Sequence record: SRR20825006_1712
Length of the DNA: 52,122 nucleotides
Reading direction: 5' to 3' (one strand)
The notes under the pieces: generated by a model
Database searches by the model: none
What the model was told of the DNA's origin: nothing
What the model saw: only the letters and a program-made list of their open reading frames with translations
Position numbers and translations under genes: made by a program
Shown: positions 8,585 through 19,041 of the stretch, one piece after another
Layout of the letters: each line of letters opens with the position of its first letter
Position numbering within the stretch: the stretch's first letter is position 1

Positions 8585-11500
8585 ATGTTTAAAAAGATTA
8601 TAAAAAAACCGGTGTTTACGCTGGTGATCACGATAGTATTGGTACTTGCGGGAGCCGCCAGTATCACTTCCCTACCCGTTGAACGTTTCCCGGAAATTGC
8701 ACCGCCTAGTGTGAGTGTCGCAGTATATTACCCTGGTGGTAATGCCGAGACCGTAGCAAAATCAGTTTTGTTACCCATTGAAGAAGCGCTTAACGGTACC
8801 GAAAATATGACCTACGCTAACTCTACAGCGACCAACTCTGGTCGTGGGCGAGTTACCATTTACTTTAAACCGGGAACCAACCCCGATCAGGCAGCCGTAG
8901 ATATCCAAAACCGAATTTCTGTAATTACTGAAAAAATACCGCCCGAGGTTACTGAGGCCGGTATTTCGGTGACCAAAAGGATGAAAGGTAGTATTATGAC
9001 CATTAATATTTTTAGTCGTGATTCTACTTATGACGAAACCTTTCTTAACGCATACACCCGGATCAATATTCGACGTGAGCTTAAGCGTGTAGAAGGTTTA
9101 GCCGAAGCATCCATCTTACGTCAAAGAGATTATGCGATGCGTATTTGGTTGAATCCGCAAAAAATGGCTTCGTATAACCTCACCCCAAGAGAGGTTTACA
9201 ATCAGGTAAAAGATCAAAACTTTGAAGCAGCACCGGGTAAATTCGGTGAAAATTCTGATGAGCTTTTTGAAATTGTAATGAAGTATGACGGGCGTTTCAG
9301 CGAGATCGAAGAATATGAAAACCTCGTCATTAAAACCAATGAAGATGGTGCGCAATTACGTCTTAAAGATGTCGCGCGTATTGAGTTTGGTGCCTCTAAC
9401 TACACCAGTGAAAACCGTCTTGACGGTAAACCTTCGGTAACTATTGATATTGTGCAAATGAATGGTGCAAACGCAAAAACCATTGATGAGCGCATTAGAG
9501 AAATACTCGAAGAACAGAAAAAATTATTCCCTGAAGGTATCGATTATGAGATTACCTACAGTGTACGAGACCAGATCGATGAGTCTATGAGTCAGGTGAT
9601 GCACACCCTTGTAGAAGCCTTTATTCTGGTATTTATTGTAGTATTTATATTCCTGCAGGACTTCCGTGCAACCATTATTACAGCTATTTCAATTCCGGTT
9701 TCCCTTTTAGGTACGTTTTTCTTCCTAAATATAATTGGCGCCTCGATGAACGTACTTAGTATGTTATCGCTGGTACTTGCCATTGGTATTGTGGTAGATG
9801 ACGCGATTGTAGTGATGGAAGCAATTCACGAAAAAATGACGCATCACGGCCTTTCTGCCCGAAAAGCAGTTTCTGCCGCAATGGATGAAATTACAGGCGC
9901 AATTATCTCTATTACAGTGGTTATTGCTGCGGTATTTTTACCGGTTGCGTTCTTGAGTGGTCCTGTGGGAGTATTTTATCAAGAGTTTGCGTACACCATT
10001 ATATTTGCCGTACTGATCTCTGCAATTAATGCATTAACGCTTACGCCGGTATTGACTAAGATTTTCTTCGGAAAGAAAAAGCGTACCAAGAAAAAACGCG
10101 GAATGGCAAAAACCGTTTCTGAACTGCGCCAGGTACGTAAAGCTAAAGTAGCGAAGCGTAAAGGACTGCGTAAGTTTGACAGTGGTTTTGACAAATTCAC
10201 CGGCAAATACCTTAACGTGGTTCGCTGGTTCTTAAATCATAAATGGATTGGTGTAGGATCGTTAGTCTTGATCATCGTTGCAACGGTGTTGCTTTCTAGA
10301 ATTACACCAAGTGCATTTATTCCTACTGAAGATGATAACTTCTTGATTTTCTCGATGAAAATGCCTGAGGGTTCTTCACTTCACAGAACTAATGCTGCCT
10401 TGAGAAAAGCAGATTCTATCTTGCAACGTGATCCCGCTGTAAAAGGCGTAAATACCGTATCTGGTTTTAATGTTGTTGATAATGCAAACAGTCCGTCTTC
10501 AGGTTTAGGATATGTGCAATTGAAACACGCTGCAGATCGAGGGGAAATTCAAGAGATTCAAGAGGTAATTAAACACTTACTATCGGAATTAGATCAAATC
10601 CCTGAAACCGACTTTAATATGTATCCCAGACCTACCATTCAAGGTTTTGGTAACTTTGACGGGGTTCAGTTTATGCTGCAAGACCGTGCTGATGGTGACT
10701 TAGGAGAGTTTGGGCAGATCGTAAATGAGTTCATCAACACATTGAGCAATCAGAAAGAAGTGGATAACGCATTTACCTCTTTTAATCCTAACTTCCCACA
10801 ATATCGTCTTAAGATCGACTATGAAAAAGCTAAGGCTTTAGGCGTAAGTGTAAAGGATATGATGTTTACGGTGCAGTCCTATTTTGGACGTGTACAACCG
10901 GGGGATTTTAACCGCTTCAGCCGTCAGTACGGTGTGTATATGCAGGCCGATATTCCATATAGAGAATCACCGGAATCCTTCAACAATATTTTTGTGAAGA
11001 ATGATAAAGGTGAAATGGTTCCTGTTAACACTATTGTACGTCTGGAGCAGGCTTATGGTCCTGAGGTGGTGAACCGTTATAACCTGTATAACGCAGCAAA
11101 AATTAACGTGACACCGGCAAAAGGATACAGTACCGGTGACGTGATGAAAAAGATTGAAGAATTAACCAGCGAAAAACTGCCTGCGAGTTTAAGTTATGAG
11201 TGGACCAGTATGAGTTTAGAGGAGAAAAATTCAGGTGGTGATACCATCATTGTATTCATCATCATTATTCTTCTCGTTTACTTTATTTTGGCTTCACAAT
11301 ACGAGAGTTTCTTACTTCCGTTAGCGGTAATGTTATCGCTTCCTGTTGGGATCTTTGGTGTATTTGCTGCGATCAATTTAGCCGGACTAGACAATAATAT
11401 TTACGTACAAATAGGTATTATTATGTTGATTGGTCTTCTTGCAAAGAATGCGATTCTAATTGTAGAATTCGTTGCGCAAAAAAGACGTGCCGGCCTTTCA

Positions 11501-11770
11501 GCTTTTGATGCGGTGCTCGAGGCGAGTGCGCTGCGTATCAGACCTATTATAATGACATCGCTGGCATTTACCGTGGGGCTTGTTCCGCTTATGTTTGCTG
11601 AAGGTTCTTCGGCGCAAGGAAACCACTCTGTAAGTATAGGTACTGCCGGCGGAATGGTAGGTGGTATTGTTTTAGGAATTTTTGTGATTCCTGTAATGGC
11701 TTACATCTTCCAGATGTTGCACGATAAGTATAACTTAGAGCGCTATGGAGATAAAGAAATTGAAGAATAA
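8585..11770 (+). CDS. RND efflux permease, HAE1 (AcrB-like) family
   Basis: LPVERFPEIAPP; AIGIVVDDAIVV, LLAKNAILIVEF and RPIIMTSLA proton-relay motifs; 1061 aa. Confidence 0.95.
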   Translation: MFKKIIKKPVFTLVITIVLVLAGAASITSLPVERFPEIAPPSVSVAVYYPGGNAETVAKSVLLPIEEALNGTENMTYANSTATNSGRGRVTIYFKPGTNPDQAAVDIQNRISVITEKIPPEVTEAGISVTKRMKGSIMTINIFSRDSTYDETFLNAYTRINIRRELKRVEGLAEASILRQRDYAMRIWLNPQKMASYNLTPREVYNQVKDQNFEAAPGKFGENSDELFEIVMKYDGRFSEIEEYENLVIKTNEDGAQLRLKDVARIEFGASNYTSENRLDGKPSVTIDIVQMNGANAKTIDERIREILEEQKKLFPEGIDYEITYSVRDQIDESMSQVMHTLVEAFILVFIVVFIFLQDFRATIITAISIPVSLLGTFFFLNIIGASMNVLSMLSLVLAIGIVVDDAIVVMEAIHEKMTHHGLSARKAVSAAMDEITGAIISITVVIAAVFLPVAFLSGPVGVFYQEFAYTIIFAVLISAINALTLTPVLTKIFFGKKKRTKKKRGMAKTVSELRQVRKAKVAKRKGLRKFDSGFDKFTGKYLNVVRWFLNHKWIGVGSLVLIIVATVLLSRITPSAFIPTEDDNFLIFSMKMPEGSSLHRTNAALRKADSILQRDPAVKGVNTVSGFNVVDNANSPSSGLGYVQLKHAADRGEIQEIQEVIKHLLSELDQIPETDFNMYPRPTIQGFGNFDGVQFMLQDRADGDLGEFGQIVNEFINTLSNQKEVDNAFTSFNPNFPQYRLKIDYEKAKALGVSVKDMMFTVQSYFGRVQPGDFNRFSRQYGVYMQADIPYRESPESFNNIFVKNDKGEMVPVNTIVRLEQAYGPEVVNRYNLYNAAKINVTPAKGYSTGDVMKKIEELTSEKLPASLSYEWTSMSLEEKNSGGDTIIVFIIIILLVYFILASQYESFLLPLAVMLSLPVGIFGVFAAINLAGLDNNIYVQIGIIMLIGLLAKNAILIVEFVAQKRRAGLSAFDAVLEASALRIRPIIMTSLAFTVGLVPLMFAEGSSAQGNHSVSIGTAGGMVGGIVLGIFVIPVMAYIFQMLHDKYNLERYGDKEIEE

Positions 11771-11785
11771 CCTAACCTAACCACA

Positions 11786-13312
11786 ATGAAAAAGATAATT
11801 GATATACATACGATAAAAAGAAAACCGAATATAAACCGCTATCTGAGTGCTAGTTGCATCTTGTTGATCTTATTGATCCTCGGAAGTTGTAAAGTAGGTC
11901 AACAATACGAGCGTCCTCAATTTGACGATGTTTCTGAAGAGTTTTATGTAAAAGATTCTGTTTTGAATGATTCTCTGGCCGAAGCTGCAATTACGCGTGA
12001 TAGCCTGATGATGTCACACATTCCTTGGAGAGAGTTTATAGAAGACAGCACCTTGATTGCTCTTATAGATACCGCTTTGGTAAACAATATCGACTTGCAA
12101 AAAGCAATGCGCAATATGGACATTGGGATGGAATATTTAGCCCAATCTAAAGCAAACTTTTTGCCTTCAGTAAATGCGACTCCGGCCGGATTTAGAAGAG
12201 AATATTATTCTGAGAATTACAATAATTACGGTTCTAACCGTGCCAGACGTAACCACGGTGAAACGCCGCCTACCAGTTTGTATACCGAAAGATTAGAATA
12301 TACTTCTGCACTGCAAGCTGATTGGGAAATTGACATTTGGGGAAAACTGAGATGGCAAAAAGAAGCGGCTCGTGCCGATTTTATGAAGAGCCAGGAATTT
12401 AAAAAAGCTGTGCAAACCGAATTGATCGCCGAAGTTGCTTCGACCTATTACAACCTGATTATGCTGAAGTCTCAGGTTGAAGTTGCCGAAAAGAACTATG
12501 CACTTAATGATAGTACCTATAATATTGTAAAGCTGCAATACGATGCGGGCGAGACTACTTCGCTAGCGCTGCAACAAACCAAGTCGCAGCAGTTAAAAGC
12601 ACAGTCTTTAATTCCGCAATTGGAGCGTCAATATACCGTTCAAGAAAATAAACTGAACCGTCTTTTAGGAAGATCGCCTCGTGCCATTGAGCTTACTGCC
12701 AATTTTGATGATATTCAATTTCAGGAAAAATATAAAACCGGTGTTCCTATCGAATTGGTTAAAAACCGTCCTGATGTGGCGATGGCGGAGTACGAACTTA
12801 TCGCTCAAAATGCACGCACGGGCGTAGCTGAAGCTTTAAAATATCCATCGCTAAGTATTGGTGCGGGATTGGGTTTAAATTCGTTTGAATTGGAAAATTT
12901 TTTCGATCCGGTAAGTTCGGCTTTTGCATTGCTCAACGGTTCTATTTTTCAGCCAATATTCAATAACCGAAAACTGAAAACCAATTATCGTGTCGCTCTT
13001 ACAGAACGTGAGATCGCACAATTGGAGTTTAAGGATAATTTAATTGGTGCGGTTGAAGATGTATCTAATTCGCTTACCCGAATCAATAAACTGACTCAGG
13101 AATATAAGATCGCGCAAGAGCGTATCGAGGTTACGCAAAAAGGACTTAAAGATGCTGCTTTGTTGTTTAGAGGTGGATTTGCCAATTATCTCGAGGTGAT
13201 CACCGCACAGAGCGATGCCTTAGAAAGTGAATTGAATGAAATCAATACTAAAAAGCAGATCTTAATTGCAAACATTGAACTCTACCGCAGTCTTGGTGGT
13301 GGATGGCAATAA
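11786..13312 (+). CDS. Outer membrane efflux lipoprotein (NodT/OprM family)
   Basis: Lipobox LGS-C; WEIDIWGKLR, RPDV..AE and LYRSLGGGW. Confidence 0.93.
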   Translation: MKKIIDIHTIKRKPNINRYLSASCILLILLILGSCKVGQQYERPQFDDVSEEFYVKDSVLNDSLAEAAITRDSLMMSHIPWREFIEDSTLIALIDTALVNNIDLQKAMRNMDIGMEYLAQSKANFLPSVNATPAGFRREYYSENYNNYGSNRARRNHGETPPTSLYTERLEYTSALQADWEIDIWGKLRWQKEAARADFMKSQEFKKAVQTELIAEVASTYYNLIMLKSQVEVAEKNYALNDSTYNIVKLQYDAGETTSLALQQTKSQQLKAQSLIPQLERQYTVQENKLNRLLGRSPRAIELTANFDDIQFQEKYKTGVPIELVKNRPDVAMAEYELIAQNARTGVAEALKYPSLSIGAGLGLNSFELENFFDPVSSAFALLNGSIFQPIFNNRKLKTNYRVALTEREIAQLEFKDNLIGAVEDVSNSLTRINKLTQEYKIAQERIEVTQKGLKDAALLFRGGFANYLEVITAQSDALESELNEINTKKQILIANIELYRSLGGGWQ

Positions 13313-13331
13313 ACTGAAGTTTACAAAAAGC

Positions 13332-13363
13332 AAAGCCGCAATCTTGTGATTGCGGCTTTTTTT
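13332..13363. terminator. Intrinsic terminator (bidirectional)
   Basis: AAAGCCGCAATC-ttgt-GATTGCGGCTTT followed by a T tract. Confidence 0.85.
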
Positions 13364-13366
13364 AGT

Positions 13367-14062
13367 TTAAAACTCAAAATTAAATCCCTTTTCTAACAAC
13401 TTTTGATAGGTTTCAGGATTGAATTTATATAGTGTGGCGGCACGATGCGAGACGTCTTTCTGCTTTTCATCTAGCGCCGTTAGTAAATTCATTCTAAGAA
13501 TTTTTCTTCTGAAGTTGGGCTTGTCCATTTCATAACCTAGAATCTCTTCGTACAAATGCATCAACTGAAGCAACGTAAATTTTTCGGGTAATAAATTGAA
13601 TCCAATAGGCTCTTGTTTAATTCTCCGGCGCAATCTGCGCAAGCCAACCTCTAAAATATGAAGGTGGTCATAAATTAGCGTTTCCACTTCAGAAACCTTA
13701 AACCACGCTACTTCAGAAGCGGTAGCTCCGGGTTTTAAGCCCGTCCAGTCTTGCTTTTTTATTAACGCGTAATATCCCACTGTAATCACTCGAGAAACCG
13801 GAAAACGATCAGGTTCGCTAAAAGCGCGCAGCTGCTCGAGATAAACATCTTTAATTCCGGTAAGTTCGAGCAGCAATCGGTTAGCAGCAGCATCTGTGCT
13901 TTCATCAGTAAAAATCCATCCTCCGGGCAGCCCCCATTTATCTTTACTAATACCATCTGCGTGCTTAACTAAAAGCACTTCTAAAGCTCCTTGATTGAAC
14001 CCAAATATGACACAATCAATGGTTATACTGTCTAAAATGGTCGCTTCGTATTGTTTTGCCAT
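13367..14062 (-). CDS. NrtR-family (Nudix + wHTH) transcriptional regulator, probable xylose regulator
   Basis: TIDCVIFGF, WGLPGGW, YLEQL..F..PDR, FTLLQL..LYE.IL and DKPNFRRK. Divergent from xylB-xylA. ATG 14062 preferred over TTG 14077. Confidence 0.88.
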   Translation of the reverse strand: MAKQYEATILDSITIDCVIFGFNQGALEVLLVKHADGISKDKWGLPGGWIFTDESTDAAANRLLLELTGIKDVYLEQLRAFSEPDRFPVSRVITVGYYALIKKQDWTGLKPGATASEVAWFKVSEVETLIYDHLHILEVGLRRLRRRIKQEPIGFNLLPEKFTLLQLMHLYEEILGYEMDKPNFRRKILRMNLLTALDEKQKDVSHRAATLYKFNPETYQKLLEKGFNFEF

Positions 14063-14136
14063 AATTCTGGTTATCAATCGCTAATATCGATAAATTTTTT
14101 AGAGCGGTTATGAGATTTCATATTTTATAAGTATAC

Positions 14137-14176
14137 TTGTAGTCACACAAACCATAAGTTGTCTTCTGGACTAAAA
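14137..14176. promoter_or_regulatory. Two tandem NrtR-type operator boxes
   Basis: ttgtaGTcacacaaACcataa (14137-14157) and aagttGTCttctgGACtaaaa (14156-14176) both fit the GT-N7-AC core. A -7-like TATACTTG sits at 14132-14139. Confidence 0.6.
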
Positions 14177-14199
14177 TAAGAGATTTAATTTAAACGCAT

Positions 14200-15690
14200 A
14201 TGTATTTTTTAGGAATCGATCTGGGAAGTTCTTCAATCAAGCTTGCCGTACTTGATGCCAACACCGGCAAATCAATAGGCAGTTGCACGGTTCCTGATCA
14301 CGAGATGATCATCAAAGCCCCTCAAAGCGGTTGGGCTGAGCAAGATCCGCAGCTTTGGTGGGAGTACACCTGTACGGGAATAAAAAAATTAAAAGGTCAA
14401 GGTGTTGACATTAGCCTAATTAAAGCGATTGGGATTTCGTATCAGATGCACGGTCTGGTGCTTACCGATAAAGATCTTAATGTATTGCGGCCCTCTATCA
14501 TCTGGTGTGATAGCCGTTCTGCGCCTATTGGCGAAAAGTACTATCAGGAAAAAGGAGCAGCATTTTTTCAAGACCGGGTTCTGCAAAGTCCGGGGAATTT
14601 TACCGCAGCAAAATTAAAGTGGGTACAGCAACACGAACCAGAGCTTTTTGATCAGGTCGCGCATATGATGCTTCCGGGAGATTATCTGGCCGCTAAATTT
14701 TCGGGCGTAGCACAAACCAGCAAATCGGGGCTTTCTGAAGCAGCGCTTTGGGATTTTAAAAAGAATGCCTTAGCCGAAGAAGTCCTTGATGCTTTAGATC
14801 TTCCGCGTGCGGTGATTCCGGAGGTCGTGCCTAATTTTAGTCATCAGGCGACTATTGCACCTCAAATCGCTGAGCGTTTGGGCCTTTCTAAAGACGTAGC
14901 AATCACCTATCGCGCAGGAGATCAACCCAATAATGCACTCGCACTTAACGTAAATCAACCCGGAGAAATCGCCACTACTGCCGGAACTTCCGCAGTGATC
15001 TATTCGGTGACCGATCAAGATGCTTTTGATACCGAAAATCGCATCAACACCTTTTTGCACGTCAATAATACTGAAGCTCAAAAACGCAACGGCGTATTAC
15101 TCTGCATTAATGGTTCTGGGATCTTGTACCAGTGGTTACGCAAAATACTTTCCACCGGAAAAGATGAGTTGTTGTCCTACGATTTCCTTAATGCGCAAGC
15201 AGCGCAGGCTGGTCCGGGTAGTGCCGGACTTAACTTTTATCCTTTTGGCAATGGAGTGGAACGCATTTTTAATAATAAGAAATCCTTCAGCGGATTGCAG
15301 AATTTAGATTTCAACAGGCACGGAGCCACCCATATGGTTCGCGCTGCTTGTGAAGGAATTGTTTATGCCATGAACTACGGCTTTGAGGTAATGCAGCATA
15401 TTGGCGCCGGGGGACATTCCGTAAAGGCAACAAAAGCCAACTTATTTCTAAGTCCGGTATTCAGAGATATTTTTGTAAATACCACGCAAACTACCTTAGC
15501 GCTGTACAAAACGAATGGCGCTGAAGGCGCTGCGCGAGGAGCAGCCCACGGCTATGGATTTTATACCAGTCTGGATGAAGCCGCTCACGGACTAGAGTTA
15601 TTAAGCACTCAGGAACCTCAACCCGAATTAAAACAACAGTATACCGATTTATATCAAACCTGGAAAAATAATATTCAAATAATAGAATAA
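14200..15690 (+). CDS. xylB: Xylulokinase (FGGY family)
   Basis: [39 protein letters not shown]; adjacent to xylA. Confidence 0.92.
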   Translation: MYFLGIDLGSSSIKLAVLDANTGKSIGSCTVPDHEMIIKAPQSGWAEQDPQLWWEYTCTGIKKLKGQGVDISLIKAIGISYQMHGLVLTDKDLNVLRPSIIWCDSRSAPIGEKYYQEKGAAFFQDRVLQSPGNFTAAKLKWVQQHEPELFDQVAHMMLPGDYLAAKFSGVAQTSKSGLSEAALWDFKKNALAEEVLDALDLPRAVIPEVVPNFSHQATIAPQIAERLGLSKDVAITYRAGDQPNNALALNVNQPGEIATTAGTSAVIYSVTDQDAFDTENRINTFLHVNNTEAQKRNGVLLCINGSGILYQWLRKILSTGKDELLSYDFLNAQAAQAGPGSAGLNFYPFGNGVERIFNNKKSFSGLQNLDFNRHGATHMVRAACEGIVYAMNYGFEVMQHIGAGGHSVKATKANLFLSPVFRDIFVNTTQTTLALYKTNGAEGAARGAAHGYGFYTSLDEAAHGLELLSTQEPQPELKQQYTDLYQTWKNNIQIIE

Positions 15691-17000
15691 TGAGCACCTA
15701 TTTTAAAAACATAGACCCAATCAAATTTGAAGGAAAAGAAAGCGACAATCCGCTTGCCTTTAAATACTACGATGAAAACAAAGTTGTCGCCGGAAAAACC
15801 CTAAAAGAGCATATGCGTTTTGCGATGGCCTACTGGCACACGCTTAACAATAAAGGTGGAGATCCTTTTGGCGCTCCCACCGAAACTTTTGCTTGGGATG
15901 CCAATCCTGATCCTATTGTACGTGCCAAGGATAAAATGGATGCAGCATTTGAATTTATGACCAAGCTAGGTCTGCCGTACTACTGCTTTCACGATGTAGA
16001 TCTTGTAGATGAAGCTCCTAGTCTTGGGGAGTTTGAAAAACGCATTGCTGCGGTTGTAGACTATGCAAAAACCAAACATCAAGAAAGCGGTATTAAACTG
16101 CTTTGGGGAACATCAAACCTCTTTAGTAATCCGCGTTATATGAATGGTGCTGCAACCAATCCTAATTTTGATGTGGTGGCCTATGCCGGTGCGCAGCTTA
16201 AAATTGCCATTGACGCAACTCTTGCGTTGGGTGGTGAGAATTATGTGTTTTGGGGTGGTCGTGAAGGCTATATGAGCTTGCTGAATACCGATATGAAACG
16301 AGAGCAGGATCATCTGGCGCAGTTTCTTACCATTGCCCGTGATTATGCGCGTAAACAAGGGTTTAAAGGAAACTTTTTAATCGAACCTAAACCTATGGAA
16401 CCAACCAAGCATCAATATGATTTTGATGCAGCAACGAGTTTAGGTTTCATCAATAAATACGGACTACAAGATGATTTTAAACTGAATCTTGAAGTGAATC
16501 ACGCAACCTTAGCAAGTCATACATTTGAGCACGAATTGCAAGTAGCTGTTGACGCTGGAATGTTAGGCAGTATTGATGCCAATCGTGGCGACTACCAGAA
16601 CGGTTGGGATACAGATCAGTTTCCTATTGATGTGTATGAAGCGACTCAAGCGATGCTGGTTATTCTTGAAGGTGGTGGAATTCAAGGCGGCGGCATCAAC
16701 TTTGACGCTAAAGTGCGCCGTAATTCTACTGATCTCGAAGATAAATTTATCGCCCACATCGCCGGGATGGATACTTTTGCCCGCGGACTGATCGCTGCAG
16801 ATCACGTGCTTCAGCATACTTCTTATAAAGAACTACGCAAAAACCGCTATGCTTCTTTTGATCAGGGGAATGGAGCAAAATTTGAATCTGGCGCTTTATC
16901 GCTAGAAGCGCTCAGTACCTTGGGACACCAAACCGGAGAACCAAAACCATACAGCGGAAAGCAAGAGTTGTTCGAGCAGCTTATTGCTAATGCATTTTAG
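15690..17000 (+). CDS. xylA: Xylose isomerase (class II)
   Basis: [46 protein letters not shown]. Confidence 0.97.
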   Translation: MSTYFKNIDPIKFEGKESDNPLAFKYYDENKVVAGKTLKEHMRFAMAYWHTLNNKGGDPFGAPTETFAWDANPDPIVRAKDKMDAAFEFMTKLGLPYYCFHDVDLVDEAPSLGEFEKRIAAVVDYAKTKHQESGIKLLWGTSNLFSNPRYMNGAATNPNFDVVAYAGAQLKIAIDATLALGGENYVFWGGREGYMSLLNTDMKREQDHLAQFLTIARDYARKQGFKGNFLIEPKPMEPTKHQYDFDAATSLGFINKYGLQDDFKLNLEVNHATLASHTFEHELQVAVDAGMLGSIDANRGDYQNGWDTDQFPIDVYEATQAMLVILEGGGIQGGGINFDAKVRRNSTDLEDKFIAHIAGMDTFARGLIAADHVLQHTSYKELRKNRYASFDQGNGAKFESGALSLEALSTLGHQTGEPKPYSGKQELFEQLIANAF

Positions 17001-17019
17001 GTATCTACCCCTAGAATTG

Positions 17020-17046
17020 AAAAGCCTCCATCCGGAGGCTTTTTTT
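17020..17046 (+). terminator. Intrinsic terminator after xylA
   Basis: AAAAGCCTCC-atcc-GGAGGCTTTT followed by a T tract. Confidence 0.85.
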
Positions 17047-17160
17047 ATTTACTTCAATTTTTATGTTCACGGTTCACTACTATTAAATCCCTGTTAATTG
17101 GCACGACGCTTACAGTTCTTAAAATTTTCTTTTATAACCTTTAGATCAAAAATTAGCGCT

Positions 17161-17538
17161 ATGAGTTTATTAGGAAGAATATTAGGGAACGCCAGTGAGA
17201 TCCCTGCGGAAGAATTAAGTACTAAATATGAACGCTTACTTACCGATAGTGAACAGGTAGAGCTTGGCTTTAAACTGCTGAGAGACGTTTTTATATTTAC
17301 TACAAAGCGCTTAATTCTTATTGATGTGCAAGGTGTCACCGGTAGCAAAGTGGAATATAAAAGCTTACCGTATAAGAATATTTCACGCTTTTCATTAGAA
17401 ACAGCAGGAACTTTTGATTTAGATGCCGAATTAAAAATCTGGATCAGCAGTGAAAATGTGCCTAGTGTAAGCAAAAAGTTCACCAAACAAATAGATGTTT
17501 ATGCAATTCAGCGGTATTTAGCGGCAAAAGTGCTCTAG
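17161..17538 (+). CDS. Bacterial PH-domain protein (bPH_1/YvbH-like)
   Basis: RDVFIFTTKRLILIDVQGVTGSKVEY.SLPY..I..FS.ETAGTFDLDAELKIW. ATG 17161 preferred. Confidence 0.88.
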   Translation: MSLLGRILGNASEIPAEELSTKYERLLTDSEQVELGFKLLRDVFIFTTKRLILIDVQGVTGSKVEYKSLPYKNISRFSLETAGTFDLDAELKIWISSENVPSVSKKFTKQIDVYAIQRYLAAKVL

Positions 17539-17712
17539 TGTAAGCCAAACACTTGTAAAATGTGCTTTTCGGCTAAACCGGTTTAGCTTAAAATTTTAAC
17601 ACTAAAACCTTGTAAATCACTGTTTTTGCAACGTTTTATTAACACTACTTAAACAAACCTGTTGTACTTTTATAAGACCGCTTCAGTCTAACCGCCAATT
17701 ATTTAAGAATTT

Positions 17713-17931
17713 ATGAAAGCTACGCTTCAAATTTCCGAAAAGAACTTCACCGGTTCGCAAGATGCGATCAGCCGCTGTTTAAACCGAATTATGGAGGTTC
17801 GCGTTTTAGAGATCAACCTCAAAAAAAACATTATCGCTGTTGATTATGCAAAACCCAGCGTTTATGAACGCATTAAAAATGAACTGAATTGCCTAGGGCT
17901 TTCGGTTGGAGAATATAAACCAATCAAGTAA
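17713..17931 (+). CDS. Small HMA-fold-like protein lacking the CxxC motif
   Basis: 72 aa with the beta-alpha-beta-beta-alpha-beta hydrophobic pattern of heavy-metal-associated domains; NFTGS replaces xCxxC. Confidence 0.5.
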   Translation: MKATLQISEKNFTGSQDAISRCLNRIMEVRVLEINLKKNIIAVDYAKPSVYERIKNELNCLGLSVGEYKPIK

Positions 17932-18041
17932 ACTACCTCGGGGCAAGCTCACTCGGTATTCGTTGCGAACAAATTTTTAATTTCGTGGCATCCCTATAAC
18001 TATCGGGATTGAGTATAAAACCCATTGGCGGTGCCAATGAA
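17929..18041 (+). repeat. MITE-like dispersed repeat, copy 2, with internal 20-bp REP-like palindrome
   Basis: Shares aacaaatttttaattt..ggcatccc.ata.cta.cgg.attgagtat with copy 3 and ttggcgg.gccaat with copy 1. Confidence 0.75.
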
Positions 18042-18061
18042 CCCAAATCAATGTATATCTG

Positions 18062-18087
18062 AGCCTGCTTTTTAGCAGGCTTTTTTT
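18062..18087 (+). terminator. Intrinsic terminator
   Basis: AGCCTGCT-tttt-AGCAGGCT followed by a T tract. Confidence 0.8.
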
Positions 18088-18135
18088 ATACTAATTACTT
18101 GTTTTCACGTTATACTTTTAAACCCTTGCCCTATT

Positions 18136-19008
18136 ATGAAAAATGCTTTGCTTATAGTTCTTATCTGCATCTTATGGTCCTGTACTAATGAGGATGTGCC
18201 GGCAACAATAGATGTAGCCACAGATCTGCCAGCCCAAACGTTGTCCAACACTTCTTATGGGCCGGGAAATCAGCAAATCTATGACCTGTATCTTCCCGAA
18301 GCACGTAGCCGCAATAAAACCAAAGTGCTTGTGCTGATTCACGGAGGTGGCTGGATTGACGGTGACAAAAGAGATATGCAAGCGTATATTCCTTTTTTAC
18401 AAGAGAATTTTCCTGATCATGCTATTCTGAATATGAATTATACTTTGGCAAATCCTCCGGAGACTACGGCCTTTCCACAACAATTTGAAGAAATTGGTCT
18501 CGCGCTGACCGAAATTTCAAAAAATGTAGAAACTCTTCAAGTACGTGCAGAATTCATCTTAATTGGGGTGAGTGCAGGAGCACATCTCGCACTGTATTAT
18601 GATTCGGTTTATGATGAAAATGATCAGGTCAAAGGCGTTTGCAGTATTGTAGGTCCTACAAATCTCGACGATGAATTCTATCAAAATCATCCTGAATATA
18701 GCGTCGCCATCCCGCAACTCATTGATGCAAACGCATATCCCGAAGCAGATACGTTGGCACAAGCGGTGAGTCCGGCATATCAGGTAAGTACAGCTACTAG
18801 CCCTACGCTAATGTTTTATGGCAACGATGATCCTTTAGTACCGGTAACCAACGCGACTTTTATGCAAGAACGCTTAGAGGAATTCAGCGTAGTCAATAGC
18901 CTAACTACTTATAACGGCGGCCACGGGAACTGGAGCAACGAAGATCAATTAGACCTTCAATCTAAATTGGAAAACTTTATTAATATTTACCTCGAAGTGA
19001 GTGAGTAA
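18136..19008 (+). CDS. Alpha/beta hydrolase (HSL-like esterase) lipoprotein
   Basis: Lipobox LWS-C; HGGGW oxyanion motif, GVSAG nucleophile elbow, DPLVP Asp and GGH His. Confidence 0.88.
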   Translation: MKNALLIVLICILWSCTNEDVPATIDVATDLPAQTLSNTSYGPGNQQIYDLYLPEARSRNKTKVLVLIHGGGWIDGDKRDMQAYIPFLQENFPDHAILNMNYTLANPPETTAFPQQFEEIGLALTEISKNVETLQVRAEFILIGVSAGAHLALYYDSVYDENDQVKGVCSIVGPTNLDDEFYQNHPEYSVAIPQLIDANAYPEADTLAQAVSPAYQVSTATSPTLMFYGNDDPLVPVTNATFMQERLEEFSVVNSLTTYNGGHGNWSNEDQLDLQSKLENFINIYLEVSE

Positions 19009-19041
19009 GATGGAGCAGGCTGTGATTGCTTTTCTTCCAAG

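Noticed and set aside
7376-13312. Heavy-metal (CusA/CzcA) RND system, given the metal-related neighbours
   Set aside because: Motifs are HAE1/AcrB-type (FPEIAPP, VVDDAIVV), so metal export is not supported.
17094-17486. 130-aa minus-strand ORF
   Set aside because: Antisense to the PH-domain gene, with no recognisable features.
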